NCBI GenBank assembly: GCA_977017575.1
Contig: CDRNVI010000066.1
Location: forward strand, 62,001-126,000
Source: Paramoeba atlantica
Lineage: Eukaryota; Protista; Discosea
Reading direction: 5' to 3'
DNA: 64,000 nt
Numbering within the stretch: the first letter of the stretch is position 1; each line of letters opens with the position of its first letter. Below, in pieces: positions 52,576-63,991 of the stretch. The notes under the pieces are model-generated. The model ran no database searches and was not told where the DNA came from. It saw only the letters and a program-made list of their open reading frames with translations. The position numbers and the translations under genes were made by a program.

Positions 52576-54579
52576 TTATTTTCCTGGCACGTGCATATAT
52601 TCGTCCAATACAGAAGGGCCATAGTCTCCATAATCAGGAAGATAGCCCCTGGCCAGTGACTCAAGAGACATCCCCCCTAGCGATCGATAAAGCGCATCGT
52701 AGCCTTCATGCGGTAGCGAAATGCCTAGACTACACGCTTCAATGAAGAGCGCGTACCCCGCGGTCCTGTCCATTCGAGCACAGTTTAGAAGAGCCACATA
52801 GTGCTGCGCGTTGACTTGCGAGGAACAGACATACTTTTGTCTTACATTAAGTGCAGTCTGGAGATCGGGAAAGGGACGCAAAGAGGAATAGAGACGAAGC
52901 ATGAGTAAACTGAGTTTGGAAACCTGTTGAGGTGAAAATAAGGTGGAACATACTACGTGCTCTTGGGGCGCAACATGACGTAAGAATAGCGCTTCAGCCT
53001 CCGTAGTTCGGCGGTGCAATACATAAACGTGAAGAAGCGAATACAGCACAGGAAAGCGTAGAAACCGGCTATGATCCTGCTTGGAATCTTTTTGACTATG
53101 ACTCTCACCCTCAGTTTTCTCCCTCAAACTTACTTTATCCAAATGCTCATTCTGAATTTTAGAATAAACTACTTGAGTTGCATCTTCGGGAGTGAGGGAA
53201 GAAAGTAGTGTAAGAATAATTGACCAAGATGAGCATAAAAACTCTCTTTGCGACATGCTAGCATTTATTTTCGATATCAAAGCGCTCCGAAATCCACCAT
53301 CTGCAGAAGTACCTACGGCGTGTAACGCGGCTGCATAGGCTGAAAGAGTGGGACGGAATTCGCACGATTGCAACTCGTGAATGCGCCCTGGGAATAGCTG
53401 AAACCAAAGCTGAACAATATTTTTATTGTCGAATAAACTATCGTGAGGTTTGCGCGCCCCACACCACAAGCAAAGTAAAGCAGAAACATCACTATGAAAT
53501 ATTTCACGTTCGCTGTGCACCGATGCCGCTTTTGAACCCGCAGAAGAAATACTCTTAATTCCTTCTGTTTTGTTGCAAGTAATGGAGCCATTACCTGTTT
53601 CATTCTTCTCTGTTCGAATTGGCTGTAACCATTCTAAATATTTCCGTACCCAAAACCAAAACGTCTCGTAATTTCGCGTATCATGCTCAATTTCGGTCCA
53701 CAGAGCAAAATAACACAACCAAACCTTATGTGTTGCGAAATCACTCTGCAGCGCGTCATGGAGAAGTTGCGTAGCTCCTCTAAGAACTCTCTTCTGGTGC
53801 GCACGCGATGTCTCCTGAATTCGCTTGTAATGTCCGGAAAGAGGTGTTTTTCGCGTCGAATCAGTTTTTGGTCCTTTAAAAGTATTTAACGATACACTTT
53901 CCGACCCTGCTAAACTACAGAGGGCTACGAACGATACTTCGATGAGTCGTGAGTAAAGATCATGGCGTACCTTTCCATCCAGGTCCTTGTCCAGAATTAC
54001 ATTGTTCAGGAATTCACCTCGTAAAAATTCTATCTTAGCGAAAATAGATTCAACGTGCTCAGCACCAAGCAGCTCAAGAAAAGAATATCGTACATTGGGT
54101 AAGGAAGATGTGAGGAAAGAAAAAAGGCTTCCGGCACGCGACCCATCTTCTCCTTTCTCAATCAATGCGTATGGCTCGCTAGTTTTGCTTTGCAAAGAAC
54201 TTATATAGTTTTGAATCAATCGACGATGTGGTTGAAAAATAGAATACCAGTGATATAGCGTGGGCGAACATTGATCTGTTCGATCGGGATTACTGTAGCG
54301 CTCTGTATCTGAAGAGAACCACGGCATTATCATATCTAAAAAAGATAACGATTTTCTATGTGATGTGATCTCAGTAGTCCGTAAATTTGTTGAATTATGT
54401 GCAGTGCAGGGCCTATATCTTTTACCAACTTCGATAGCAGAACCTTCCGATTCGTTGGACGTGTGTGCTTGGCGTCTTTGTGCAAGACATTTCCTTCCTG
54501 CATACATACACAAGCTTGTCACCCGAATCGAAGATTTATAGCGTGCTCGAAACATCAAAAGGCATGACCTTTTACTCAA
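52576..54579 (-). CDS. Hypothetical helical protein, possibly PPR-like/mitochondrial
   Basis: Arg-rich N-terminus; YSLLHVYVLHRRTTEAEALF and HYVALLNCA...YALFIEACSLGI resemble degenerate PPR motifs. Confidence 0.55.
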   Translation of the reverse strand: MSKRSCLLMFRARYKSSIRVTSLCMYAGRKCLAQRRQAHTSNESEGSAIEVGKRYRPCTAHNSTNLRTTEITSHRKSLSFLDMIMPWFSSDTERYSNPDRTDQCSPTLYHWYSIFQPHRRLIQNYISSLQSKTSEPYALIEKGEDGSRAGSLFSFLTSSLPNVRYSFLELLGAEHVESIFAKIEFLRGEFLNNVILDKDLDGKVRHDLYSRLIEVSFVALCSLAGSESVSLNTFKGPKTDSTRKTPLSGHYKRIQETSRAHQKRVLRGATQLLHDALQSDFATHKVWLCYFALWTEIEHDTRNYETFWFWVRKYLEWLQPIRTEKNETGNGSITCNKTEGIKSISSAGSKAASVHSEREIFHSDVSALLCLWCGARKPHDSLFDNKNIVQLWFQLFPGRIHELQSCEFRPTLSAYAAALHAVGTSADGGFRSALISKINASMSQREFLCSSWSIILTLLSSLTPEDATQVVYSKIQNEHLDKVSLREKTEGESHSQKDSKQDHSRFLRFPVLYSLLHVYVLHRRTTEAEALFLRHVAPQEHVVCSTLFSPQQVSKLSLLMLRLYSSLRPFPDLQTALNVRQKYVCSSQVNAQHYVALLNCARMDRTAGYALFIEACSLGISLPHEGYDALYRSLGGMSLESLARGYLPDYGDYGPSVLDEYMHVPGK

Positions 54580-54804
54580 CTAGCTCATAGGATCCTATAA
54601 AAACGTCTAACGATTTAAGAGAATGAATATTCGCGAATAAGAAGTGAAGCCTACAATCTTATACGAATAGGTTCAATTGCACACTAAATAGTTATGTAAC
54701 TATGTAAATAGTTATGTAACTATGGTAAAATCATGATGGATTACACCGCTAAATTAATTACGTCAGGCTCTGTGCTAAAAAACACATTTTTTTAGTTTTA
54801 CCCT

Positions 54805-56088
54805 TTAAGATCGGACATTCCGCTCCCATTTCTTACAAATCCGTTGGTCATTACTACGTAGTATTTCGAAAGGATGAGGCATGCATCGTAAAATGTGATC
54901 CAAACAATGGAACTCCGCCATATTGCGCCCACTGCCCATGGCATCATCGTTTCGACCTAAATGAATTCCCACCGGAACAAGTGTTGGAGGAGAAGTGCGC
55001 ATCAAAAATGCTAATCCGCCAGACGCCCCGGGCTTTGTTTCTGCACCGTCAACGTAAAATGACATGGTCTGTGTGTGAAAACCACGAAGAGTCCCGGAAG
55101 TGTAGCAAAGGACAAGTTCCTTCCCATCGAAGAGCTCTGTATCGTAACTTTCAGGAGTTGACGCTGGAAGACTTTTACCTAACCTCTGAGACTGTTTGCC
55201 ACGTTTTCTTATCGTAGTCCCAATATCCATTCCCAGGTCAACTTTCTGCGGGGCACTATGGGGCAAGCATACCTGTGCGCTTGGTTGTAGCCATAATATG
55301 AGAATCTGGTCATTATCTTCCAACGTAATGCCCTCTTGAATTCTAAGGAAGCGAAAACCACGAATCAAAGACCTGTCGTTTGTTTTATCAGCTCGGTAAT
55401 CAGAATTTGCACTATCTGTCATTGTTGACTCGTCTTTTTGTGTTCTTTCCGTTCGATGAACAGGAGTCTCATAAATGAGTGCGGCGTCAATCAACCCGTG
55501 GAATGGACGTATATTTGAATTGATTTTTGTAACATGACGTACTGGTTGATCACTCATTTCTGATCCGCTTTTTTGGCGACTGCAACTCAACTTTCGCGAC
55601 CCTTTTTCTCTAGGTAAATGCAGTTCTATTCCTCCTATTACACATTTAGAGATCACATGTCTCGGAGTAAGATAGGTGTACGGCCCTACAGCTACTGCAG
55701 TTCCACACCATTCATTTCTATACCACACACCGCGTAGTACATTATGCAGTTGTGATACATACAGACTAAGAACAAGTTGCCTTAAGTCACCTACCGGGCT
55801 TCGCCAATCTTTGCATGGTATCTCGACGAAACACAGATTTTCGCTTTTTGACCTCTTCAATTTCTCTTCGTGCGATAGCTCCCGGGTATCATCGTCGGGC
55901 GTTTCTGGAGTTGCAGGTTGCGTCTCACGAGAAGACAAAAATCTTTCAGATTTCGGCCAATTGGTTGCCTTCTGGCGCATAAGTCTATAGAAGGAACTTT
56001 CAGGTGCAATCGATAGCTCAGAACCGCGTGGTCTCGTCACCTCTTGTCTAGTCGCATGATGCGACGTAAGATATCGATCATAATTCAT
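54805..56088 (-). CDS. Trypsin-like (S1-fold) peptidase-domain protein
   Basis: GTAVAVGPYTYLTPRHVI (His), DAALI (Asp), KPGASGG (Ser), VGIHLG. Confidence 0.7.
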   Translation of the reverse strand: MNYDRYLTSHHATRQEVTRPRGSELSIAPESSFYRLMRQKATNWPKSERFLSSRETQPATPETPDDDTRELSHEEKLKRSKSENLCFVEIPCKDWRSPVGDLRQLVLSLYVSQLHNVLRGVWYRNEWCGTAVAVGPYTYLTPRHVISKCVIGGIELHLPREKGSRKLSCSRQKSGSEMSDQPVRHVTKINSNIRPFHGLIDAALIYETPVHRTERTQKDESTMTDSANSDYRADKTNDRSLIRGFRFLRIQEGITLEDNDQILILWLQPSAQVCLPHSAPQKVDLGMDIGTTIRKRGKQSQRLGKSLPASTPESYDTELFDGKELVLCYTSGTLRGFHTQTMSFYVDGAETKPGASGGLAFLMRTSPPTLVPVGIHLGRNDDAMGSGRNMAEFHCLDHILRCMPHPFEILRSNDQRICKKWERNVRS

Positions 56089-56354
56089 GCCAATAGAATT
56101 TTCACCTCATGTGCCTACCTATAGGAAGTCTTTAGATCAGATCTCTATCTATTCGATTTTATATACATGTACATGTATGATCAGTCTGTTTTTTTGCGAT
56201 TTCATTTCGATGATTTTATATAGTTCTATATTTTATAATAACTGCGGTAATTGTACCCGTGACAAAATCTTTGAGATATTCCGGTTAGCCTCCCTCCACT
56301 CGACAGTGTTAAAGCTGCAAAGCTGTGATACACACTACCGCAACACTGCAAATG

Positions 56355-57680
56355 TCAATAGTCAGGAAAGTCTTCGTCCACTTCTTCTCTCCATCTATGT
56401 AGGCCTCCTACAACGTGAACCACATTTGCAACTCCGTTGGCAGCTAAAAATGTCACAGCGTGACTTGATGCAACGCCTCGACGACATATCAAGTAAATAT
56501 TGTGTTTCTTTACACTATTGGGATGATGAGAAGCATTACTATTAGATTTATCATTTTTTAGTAGCGGAGTGTTATAAACGTCTAAAGAGCAGGGTTGTTC
56601 AGAAAGTGACCTCACCTGTGCCACAAAGGACTCATTTTTTAAAAACGGTACATTGCTAACCACAAAATTTGGCCATTTAATTGAACACATACTAAACTGC
56701 ACCTCGGGTCGGACATCGACAACCACAATCTTCGGAGTAGTATTCGCCGCACGTTCGACCAACTCCAAAGGGCGCACACAGTTATCTGGCGCAAGACACG
56801 CGGGGCGCTCACACACGTAGTCCTCACCATAATACGCAAAAACCGGAACCCCCCTCTCCCCCTTCCCTCTCCCTCTCCCCTCCCCACATCCCCCACAACC
56901 CCCCCGCCTTTCCCTCAACCTCACCGTCCGCATCGTCCCCAACCTCGCATTCCAATACACCATCCGCCCCGACAACACCTCCCCCCTCCCCCACCCCGCC
57001 GCCACCTTCACCACCTCCCCCGCCTGTACCGCCCCCATCACCCCCGGCACCACCCCCAGTACCCCCACCTCCCCACACCCCTCCACAGCCCCTCCCCCCG
57101 CCGGTGGGGGCTCCGGGAACACACACCGGTAGCACGGCCCCCCGGCGTAGTGAAACACCGTGACGTGGCCCTCCCACCGCAGCGCGGACCCACTCACCAG
57201 GGGCTTCCCCAGCCACCCGCAGGCGTCGTTGAGCAAGTACCGGCTCCCCACGTTATCCGTGCAGTCACAGATAATGTCGTAGGGCCGCAGGAGGGGTAAC
57301 ACATTGGAGGGGTCAACGGCCACGGGGTACTCGTGCAGGGGTACCGTGGGGTTGAGCCGACGACAGGCCAGGGCCGCGGATTGGACTTTGGACATTTGCA
57401 GGTTTTCTGTGCTGTGGATGACCTGACGCTGGAGGTTGGAGAGCTCAACGGTGTCGGGGTCGACGATGCCGAGGGAGGCGGCGCCCCCGGCCGCGAGGTA
57501 GAGCAGACAGGTACTGCCGAGACCTCCGGCCCCGACGACGAGGATGTGGGTGCGGAGGACGGAGGATACGCCCGAGGGCCCGAGCTCGGGGAGAAGGGCG
57601 TGACGGCTGTAGCGTTGGATCTCGGGGGCGGTGAGGTGGGGGGAGTGGAGGGAAGGGGAGATGGGGGGAGGGGTGGACAT
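56355..57680 (-). CDS. MOCS3: MOCS3/Uba4 adenylyltransferase-sulfurtransferase
   Basis: RYSRH, VVGAGGLGS, SNLQRQ, DCTDN, CYRC, second CxxC, rhodanese ICRRGVAS...VVGGLHRW. Confidence 0.93.
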   Translation of the reverse strand: MSTPPPISPSLHSPHLTAPEIQRYSRHALLPELGPSGVSSVLRTHILVVGAGGLGSTCLLYLAAGGAASLGIVDPDTVELSNLQRQVIHSTENLQMSKVQSAALACRRLNPTVPLHEYPVAVDPSNVLPLLRPYDIICDCTDNVGSRYLLNDACGWLGKPLVSGSALRWEGHVTVFHYAGGPCYRCVFPEPPPAGGGAVEGCGEVGVLGVVPGVMGAVQAGEVVKVAAGWGRGEVLSGRMVYWNARLGTMRTVRLRERRGGCGGCGEGRGRGKGERGVPVFAYYGEDYVCERPACLAPDNCVRPLELVERAANTTPKIVVVDVRPEVQFSMCSIKWPNFVVSNVPFLKNESFVAQVRSLSEQPCSLDVYNTPLLKNDKSNSNASHHPNSVKKHNIYLICRRGVASSHAVTFLAANGVANVVHVVGGLHRWREEVDEDFPDY

Positions 57681-58117
57681 TAGAGTGTGTTGTACATCAT
57701 GATGAGGGAGGGAGGGAGGGGAGAAGAGAATTGTAGATGGAAGGTAGAAAAAGATGGATTGAGTAAAAAGGATGAGGGGAGGAGCAAGATTAAAGGAAGA
57801 AAACTCCAGGGCAAATGAAGAACTGGATAAAAGGTCATTAGTTAATTACGCGTAAATTGATTCTTCTTTAAATTAATGATTTAAAATTTAAATGTCTTAA
57901 TTTCTCTATTTTTGGATTTAGGATTTTCGTACGCATGGCTAGTAGCATTCACATACGCACTGTGAAATCATTTAGTAAAAAATTAGACTCCTTCAAGTAA
58001 AACTGTATGCTAAAAATAAAGGAGAAAAATAAATCTGTTGCACTTCTTGAATATAAATCACTAGCAGAGTTTACGAGTCAATCCGATGAATACTCGACTT
58101 TCTCCAATTCCTACTTT

Positions 58118-61100
58118 TCAACTAAGGAAGCCTTCGAGAGATTGTCCAGTGGACTTTTGAACACTGCGGAGTAGTTGTCGAGCTTGTGTTACAACGAGAG
58201 GATCCGATTGCTCCATTATATTTGTAATTGGATTTAGAAGATCGCGGAGAAGAACGGCCATTTCTTCGCCGACAAATTGGTAGATATTATCAACAACACG
58301 CAGCACAGTTCGCTGAACGGCGATCCTGCACAAATCCCTCAGTGAAGGAGAAAATGTCTGATATTCTTGTACGCTATTGGAGGCTATTTTCAAAAGACTA
58401 TTCTGAAGCTCACGCCATATCTCGGCTTTGCCGTGTCCCGAACAAAGTGCCATCTGATCCAGCGCGGGAACTATGTGTTCCGATAATTCCGTGGAAAACC
58501 CATTCTCAAGCTTTCGCAGGAATCGTAATTTCACGCTGTCATGTGGCACCCCTTTCAGATACTTCAAAATAAAGCTAAGATGCCATGCAGGATTCATAAT
58601 ATGGTGAATCAACGCTGTACTAAGGTCGGAATGTAGTTCTGGGTTTGTATCTGCAAGATATTCTCCTCCGCTCTCCGTTTGCGACAAGCGACGTAGAATT
58701 TGGGCGCAAGAAATAACACACTGTAATGCAAGATATACACTTTGATAGTGGGACTGAGAAAAGAAAGCCATCTGTGAACGAATATCCTCATCTTCTGACT
58801 CGATAAGGGCCCTATTTCTTTTTTGATCGCTTGATTTCAAAGAAAAGAGATCCGAGATACATGACCATAGCCAGCTATTCTCAATCTGTGTCGACTTAAG
58901 AAATGATGAAATTGTTTGCAAGTAGGGCACCAGAAACGTTGTGGAAACATCCTGAAATTTCTGTAGAATGGCATATATGAGATCTAATCCCATTTGGACA
59001 CGTCTTAAATTCGCTACAGTAAATTCGTGTTGTTGCTCACTCATTACTGTGTCACCTACCCCAGAAGATACTGCTGCACTATTCGTATCTCTTGCACCAG
59101 GTTCTGATCGACGATCAAGCGCGAAACAGTGCATGATGAGCGTTTCGCGTAGAAAAGCCTCGTTATGCAGAGCAGTACCTTTGGCCATTGTGGCGACAAA
59201 AGCATTTATAAGACTCTGCTTGAGTTTCGAGTACATACTATTCGAAATTTTGACACACTCTTCAAACTCCAAGTCGCTTATGGGCATGTTTGCCGCGATT
59301 TGTATTACACTATGGAATAGTGGTTGAACAAGATTGGTTAACTTGAGAGATGTTACAGTTTCGGAATCCGATTTCTCAATGGTTTGCTTTAGTAGGGAAA
59401 TAAGAAATATGGCTTGATGAAGATGACAATTTTCGATAGAGACAGTATTGTCCCCTTTGGAGAATAGCGCAAGTATGATGTGCAAAGAACGAACAATACT
59501 TTTCAAAAGAATTCGACTTTCAAGCCGCTGAACTAATTTGAAAAAGTCGTGACGCTCTTTTACTATAGTTGAATCATCATGATAAGCTCCAAATGACTGA
59601 AAAACAAGAAGTGGGCATATGCTACGCTCGCTTGCTAAAATCGCTGTGTTGAATGCATATGATCCAGTAATGTTAAGAGCAAGACTACATGCCTGCGCCA
59701 GTTCGACATTAATTGCACACAGATCACAAAGCTCCACGGATGAAAATATTTTCAGATAAGCTCTAGTAAGTTTTAAGCGAAGAGGGTCCCTGGTATTAGC
59801 TAGAATAGAAGCACTTGTTAACATTAAAGATGAAAGGAGCGGAATGTAGCACTTTCGAAATTTGATTTTTGTATCCTGAGAAATCAAATCTTGAACCGCG
59901 GTTAGCATGTCAGTTGTTACATTACTTGTCCGAGTAATTTCCAATGTGGATGGCGCGACAGATGGCTCGCATTTTTCAGAAAAAGTGTAAAAGGCCTTCT
60001 CTAAAAGGGATAACACGCGCAGTGCTAACTCTGGGAAAGCGTCAACTTCGGTTTTGTCCACGGCTTTTCCGATGGATTCATTTAGTTTCGCGTGTACAAC
60101 ACTAATTAATTCCCAAAACGCATTTTCAGTGGTGGAAGTCCATATTTCTTTCTCATTTATCGCTCCGTTACTGTCCTCTCCATTAAGTTCAGATTGCTTG
60201 GGTTGCATGGCAAGAGACAAAAGATTGAATGCTGACTCATGAAGCTCAGGATCAAATCGATTCATCATAATACTCGACGCTTCAAAAATTGCGGACAATG
60301 AACATAGCGCAAGAATTGTTTGACTTAGTGTTGTAGAATGAATACCCATTAGTGGTAACGCACGTGTTGTGGAAAGATGAAGCATCTTCATGCTATTCAC
60401 GGTTAATTGATTTTGTAGTGGTAGAAGAGACCGAAGGCACGTTACTGTGAAATAAACGACTTCTTCTGATTTGCGATCAACAAGACCAATTTCTTTTTTA
60501 TGCAGCTTGGGGGTGACAGTGTACTCAGTGCTTGTTTTAGATATCCCTGAAGCAAGCACAAGCAAGTCAAGAATCGAAGAGTATATTTCGGTCTGAACAG
60601 ATGGATCGTACTTCGCGAGAAAATTCTTTAAGACAGTATCAGTCATATTGTCAGGGTATTGCAGATGTAAAATCAGTAGGTGCGAAAAGAAGTTCACAAG
60701 ATTACGACTAGAGATGCACGCAGGACTTATCCAGCCGTGCTCACTGGATAATATGTAGTTCACGTTTTCAACTGGCAGATTCCCTTGTGAACAAAGACAT
60801 AAGATGTTTTTCAAGTGAGAAATAGCGCACGAAAGATCTAGAGAGATATGATCATCATACTCATTCTCTGTGGCATCATTTTCTTGCACAGTGCGGATAA
60901 ATTCAAGACGTTTATGCGTTGCTTGAACCACTTCGCTAAACAAGCTCGAATTTATTGAAAGAAGCCCAATCTTTGATATAATTGAGAAACTATCTTTGGG
61001 CCACATACTCCCGAACGCACACCGACCGAACACACGAACTTCCAAAGTTGTCACTTGAATATCTTCAACAATTTCATGTCTTTTCGGCTCTACGAGAAAG

Positions 61101-63991
61101 CGTTGCAAATCTTTGAGAAGATGTTCCGATACCAATTGCATAAGACCGCAAACTGCGCCGCGGGCTGGACAAAGCTGATTGCTTCTCGAAGTATCAGTTA
61201 GGGCCCCATCCCAGTGGGAAGACAGCAAAGCACACAAAAAATGAAGTCCATCACAAACAGATTTACCACGATCAAGAGAGTGAAGTAGACGAATAAGCCA
61301 AGAACAAAAAAGTTTTTCCAAGATTGTGTTGTACTTGACGTAGAGCAAGAAGGATCCTCGAGTCATTTTCTGACGCAAATCATGAAGCCAATGACTTTCG
61401 TTGAATGGCGAGGCTTCAGCGGAAGCTTCACCAGACATTTTAAACAACAGTTGCAGTAATGGCTCAAGACTAGCTTCTGATGCCTCTAACACCTTTTTAT
61501 TGGTCTGGAGCTGATGCTCGAGAAAAAAATACATAAATGTTGCAACGAGGAAGTCAAAAGAAAACGTTTCGCCAGTAGTTGTGTTTGCTTCATCTGAGTC
61601 TTGCTCGTTCCATTCATTTAGCACCTGCGCAGCATCGAGCACCGTATTGGAGGTGTAATCAATTGCACACAGCATGAAGAACATCAAACAACTATTCCGA
61701 TGTTTTCGCAACCCTTTCCTGCTTACATCATACAAGAGTTTATTCGACATGTGTCCCTCTGACACAGGATTAAGAAAGGGAAGTAGATCACGTTGGCCTG
61801 AAAAGCTCGCCCTTACTGTAGCACAAATAGATTTCATTGTTTCGGCAAGATTGCTTAGCTCAGTCCTATTTGCAGCATTAGTTTTTTCAATGCGAAATAA
61901 CAAAAGCTTCATAAAACAAGAAAACCCACTGGAAAGCATAATTGAATCAACGTCATCATTCAAAATTTTGTCTCCAGCGCTAACGGTGGGATTTAAGCCA
62001 TGCGCATATTTCGTAAGAAGGATTTTCAATGCAGCAACGCTCGACTTTGAAAAAGAACTGTCTTCAACGAAAGAAAGTCGAGAAGCTTTCGAAACTACCT
62101 TATAAAACTCCGGTTGCGTTTGTAATCGATAAAGAGCTACAAAGGTTGGTACAGCGTACTCAATGTTCAAGTAAATAGGTCCTGTTTTATTCGACTCTTG
62201 GTCAAGAACATAGCTCAGACCCAACATAACAGCGTGTATTTCACGTGCTTGCGTTAGAACATCGGACAAAAAACAAGTCGCTTTCCCAGGGATGTTCAAG
62301 GGACAACTACCTTTGCCGGATATCCACATGCTTTCAGTGGAAAAATTGGAGTGCCAAACAAGAGCCAAATAATCAAAAACCATTAAATTTTCCCTTCGAG
62401 ATATATCTTTGCTTATCCCAATGTGAATCATGTGCAAGAGCAAATATACGGAGTTCTGATAAAGCCGCACAGCATAAGATTTTGCACTGTGGCTTCTTGC
62501 GCCGTAAGTTATGCATCGGAGTAGGCCAACAGATAAGTCCGGCTCCACCCGAATTTCATGTGGATTTAAACTTGTAAGTTGAGAAAATCCACGTCGTAGA
62601 AACGAAAGGAGACACTCGAACTGTTTTTGAAAATCCGGAACGTTTGTCATTAAGGCAGTCGCCAACAATATTAAGGCTAGAAGCACATTGTTTGAGCACA
62701 TTTCTTGCTCTTGATTCGAAGTAACGGCTTCTTGGACAACCTCTTGCAAATTCTTGAGGATTCCAGTGGACACCCAAGATTTTTCTATTGATAGAGCTTG
62801 TAGCAGATGTGAACTGAAATAATTCAATGAGTCAAGATCAAGCCGAGAAGCGAAAATTTCATTTTTCGTATCAGCTTTTGTTGCTAGCAAAGAATCTTTC
62901 CACTTGATTGCATTGATCCGAAGTGCGAGAAGGAGCTTCTGGGTCCTGATTCTATCGCAATTTTCTGATTCTGATTTCGAAAATGAATTCTTGCTAATCT
63001 CTGCAAGTACAGATTCCATTGTTGCTAGCAAAGAGCACCACGGTTCTTCCATCGTTGAGACCACATCGCTCTCTACTTGACTCAGACAACATGAAAGACC
63101 TTTCAATACCTTGTCAACATTCTCAACATCGGGACCATTGTTCAAAATTGCAGTCAGAATGCTTTTGATTTCAATCAAAAGCTTAGCCATGAACCCTGCG
63201 CCATCTTCGTCGTCGAAGCTCAAGTACATAAAATTAACAAGCAATGATAAAGCCACATCACGTTGCGAGTCGTTTGCAGCAGTTTTCCACTTTTGCATTA
63301 TAACGCTCACCGAAGCTAAACGCAAGTCCCAGTTTGGATGCTCTAATACCCAAATTAAAGGAATTTTAGCGGACTCTTGTGAAATACTAGCGTACCGAGG
63401 ATCATCCCCAAAAGCATGGGACAAGGCATTGGCAATTGATAGAGCTTTTTCCAATGAAATTTCTTTAAACGCTTTTGACACGAATGCGTCAAACACTGTA
63501 GTGTTCCTTGCACGCAAGGTCTTCAACAAATTGATATAGGCAGGGTTTTGAGGTGGCATGTCACAAACTGGCTCACTTGCTTCTAGCAAGCTTATGGTGT
63601 TATGTAAAAGAGTGACCGTCATTATATGTGCAGGTTCCTCACTTTCTACTGTATCTAGTCGAAGAATACCAACGCGAAGAAAATACATCAACACAGTAGA
63701 AGTTGTTGTATCCGTCAGAGATGAGTATTGTAACACCGTTTTTAGTACTCTGTAAAACTTCGCTCTCAGAGCTTCGTGCTGCATTACATTGTGAAAGAGG
63801 AACACACTAAATACTGAACCGGATGCCGGAGTGGAGGCAGACCACGGAATATCTTTCCAAAAGTTTTGCGCCCACGACGCAGCAGTCGGATTAACTCTCG
63901 CTGAAACCAAGCTGAGAAGCGTGCCGAAATATAAGCAAACACTATTTTTTTGTTCTTCCATTCTTGTGCCGTATTCGGCTATACGTTCCAT
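58118..63991 (-). CDS. UTP10: UTP10/HEATR1-like large HEAT protein, probably 5'-partial
   Basis: 1957-aa helical ORF with BP28-like C-terminus (LLRDLLNPITNIMEQSDPLVVTQARQLLRSVQKSTGQSLEGFL); the frame stays open to the window end. Confidence 0.7.
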   Translation of the reverse strand: MERIAEYGTRMEEQKNSVCLYFGTLLSLVSARVNPTAASWAQNFWKDIPWSASTPASGSVFSVFLFHNVMQHEALRAKFYRVLKTVLQYSSLTDTTTSTVLMYFLRVGILRLDTVESEEPAHIMTVTLLHNTISLLEASEPVCDMPPQNPAYINLLKTLRARNTTVFDAFVSKAFKEISLEKALSIANALSHAFGDDPRYASISQESAKIPLIWVLEHPNWDLRLASVSVIMQKWKTAANDSQRDVALSLLVNFMYLSFDDEDGAGFMAKLLIEIKSILTAILNNGPDVENVDKVLKGLSCCLSQVESDVVSTMEEPWCSLLATMESVLAEISKNSFSKSESENCDRIRTQKLLLALRINAIKWKDSLLATKADTKNEIFASRLDLDSLNYFSSHLLQALSIEKSWVSTGILKNLQEVVQEAVTSNQEQEMCSNNVLLALILLATALMTNVPDFQKQFECLLSFLRRGFSQLTSLNPHEIRVEPDLSVGLLRCITYGARSHSAKSYAVRLYQNSVYLLLHMIHIGISKDISRRENLMVFDYLALVWHSNFSTESMWISGKGSCPLNIPGKATCFLSDVLTQAREIHAVMLGLSYVLDQESNKTGPIYLNIEYAVPTFVALYRLQTQPEFYKVVSKASRLSFVEDSSFSKSSVAALKILLTKYAHGLNPTVSAGDKILNDDVDSIMLSSGFSCFMKLLLFRIEKTNAANRTELSNLAETMKSICATVRASFSGQRDLLPFLNPVSEGHMSNKLLYDVSRKGLRKHRNSCLMFFMLCAIDYTSNTVLDAAQVLNEWNEQDSDEANTTTGETFSFDFLVATFMYFFLEHQLQTNKKVLEASEASLEPLLQLLFKMSGEASAEASPFNESHWLHDLRQKMTRGSFLLYVKYNTILEKLFCSWLIRLLHSLDRGKSVCDGLHFLCALLSSHWDGALTDTSRSNQLCPARGAVCGLMQLVSEHLLKDLQRFLVEPKRHEIVEDIQVTTLEVRVFGRCAFGSMWPKDSFSIISKIGLLSINSSLFSEVVQATHKRLEFIRTVQENDATENEYDDHISLDLSCAISHLKNILCLCSQGNLPVENVNYILSSEHGWISPACISSRNLVNFFSHLLILHLQYPDNMTDTVLKNFLAKYDPSVQTEIYSSILDLLVLASGISKTSTEYTVTPKLHKKEIGLVDRKSEEVVYFTVTCLRSLLPLQNQLTVNSMKMLHLSTTRALPLMGIHSTTLSQTILALCSLSAIFEASSIMMNRFDPELHESAFNLLSLAMQPKQSELNGEDSNGAINEKEIWTSTTENAFWELISVVHAKLNESIGKAVDKTEVDAFPELALRVLSLLEKAFYTFSEKCEPSVAPSTLEITRTSNVTTDMLTAVQDLISQDTKIKFRKCYIPLLSSLMLTSASILANTRDPLRLKLTRAYLKIFSSVELCDLCAINVELAQACSLALNITGSYAFNTAILASERSICPLLVFQSFGAYHDDSTIVKERHDFFKLVQRLESRILLKSIVRSLHIILALFSKGDNTVSIENCHLHQAIFLISLLKQTIEKSDSETVTSLKLTNLVQPLFHSVIQIAANMPISDLEFEECVKISNSMYSKLKQSLINAFVATMAKGTALHNEAFLRETLIMHCFALDRRSEPGARDTNSAAVSSGVGDTVMSEQQHEFTVANLRRVQMGLDLIYAILQKFQDVSTTFLVPYLQTISSFLKSTQIENSWLWSCISDLFSLKSSDQKRNRALIESEDEDIRSQMAFFSQSHYQSVYLALQCVISCAQILRRLSQTESGGEYLADTNPELHSDLSTALIHHIMNPAWHLSFILKYLKGVPHDSVKLRFLRKLENGFSTELSEHIVPALDQMALCSGHGKAEIWRELQNSLLKIASNSVQEYQTFSPSLRDLCRIAVQRTVLRVVDNIYQFVGEEMAVLLRDLLNPITNIMEQSDPLVVTQARQLLRSVQKSTGQSLEGFLS

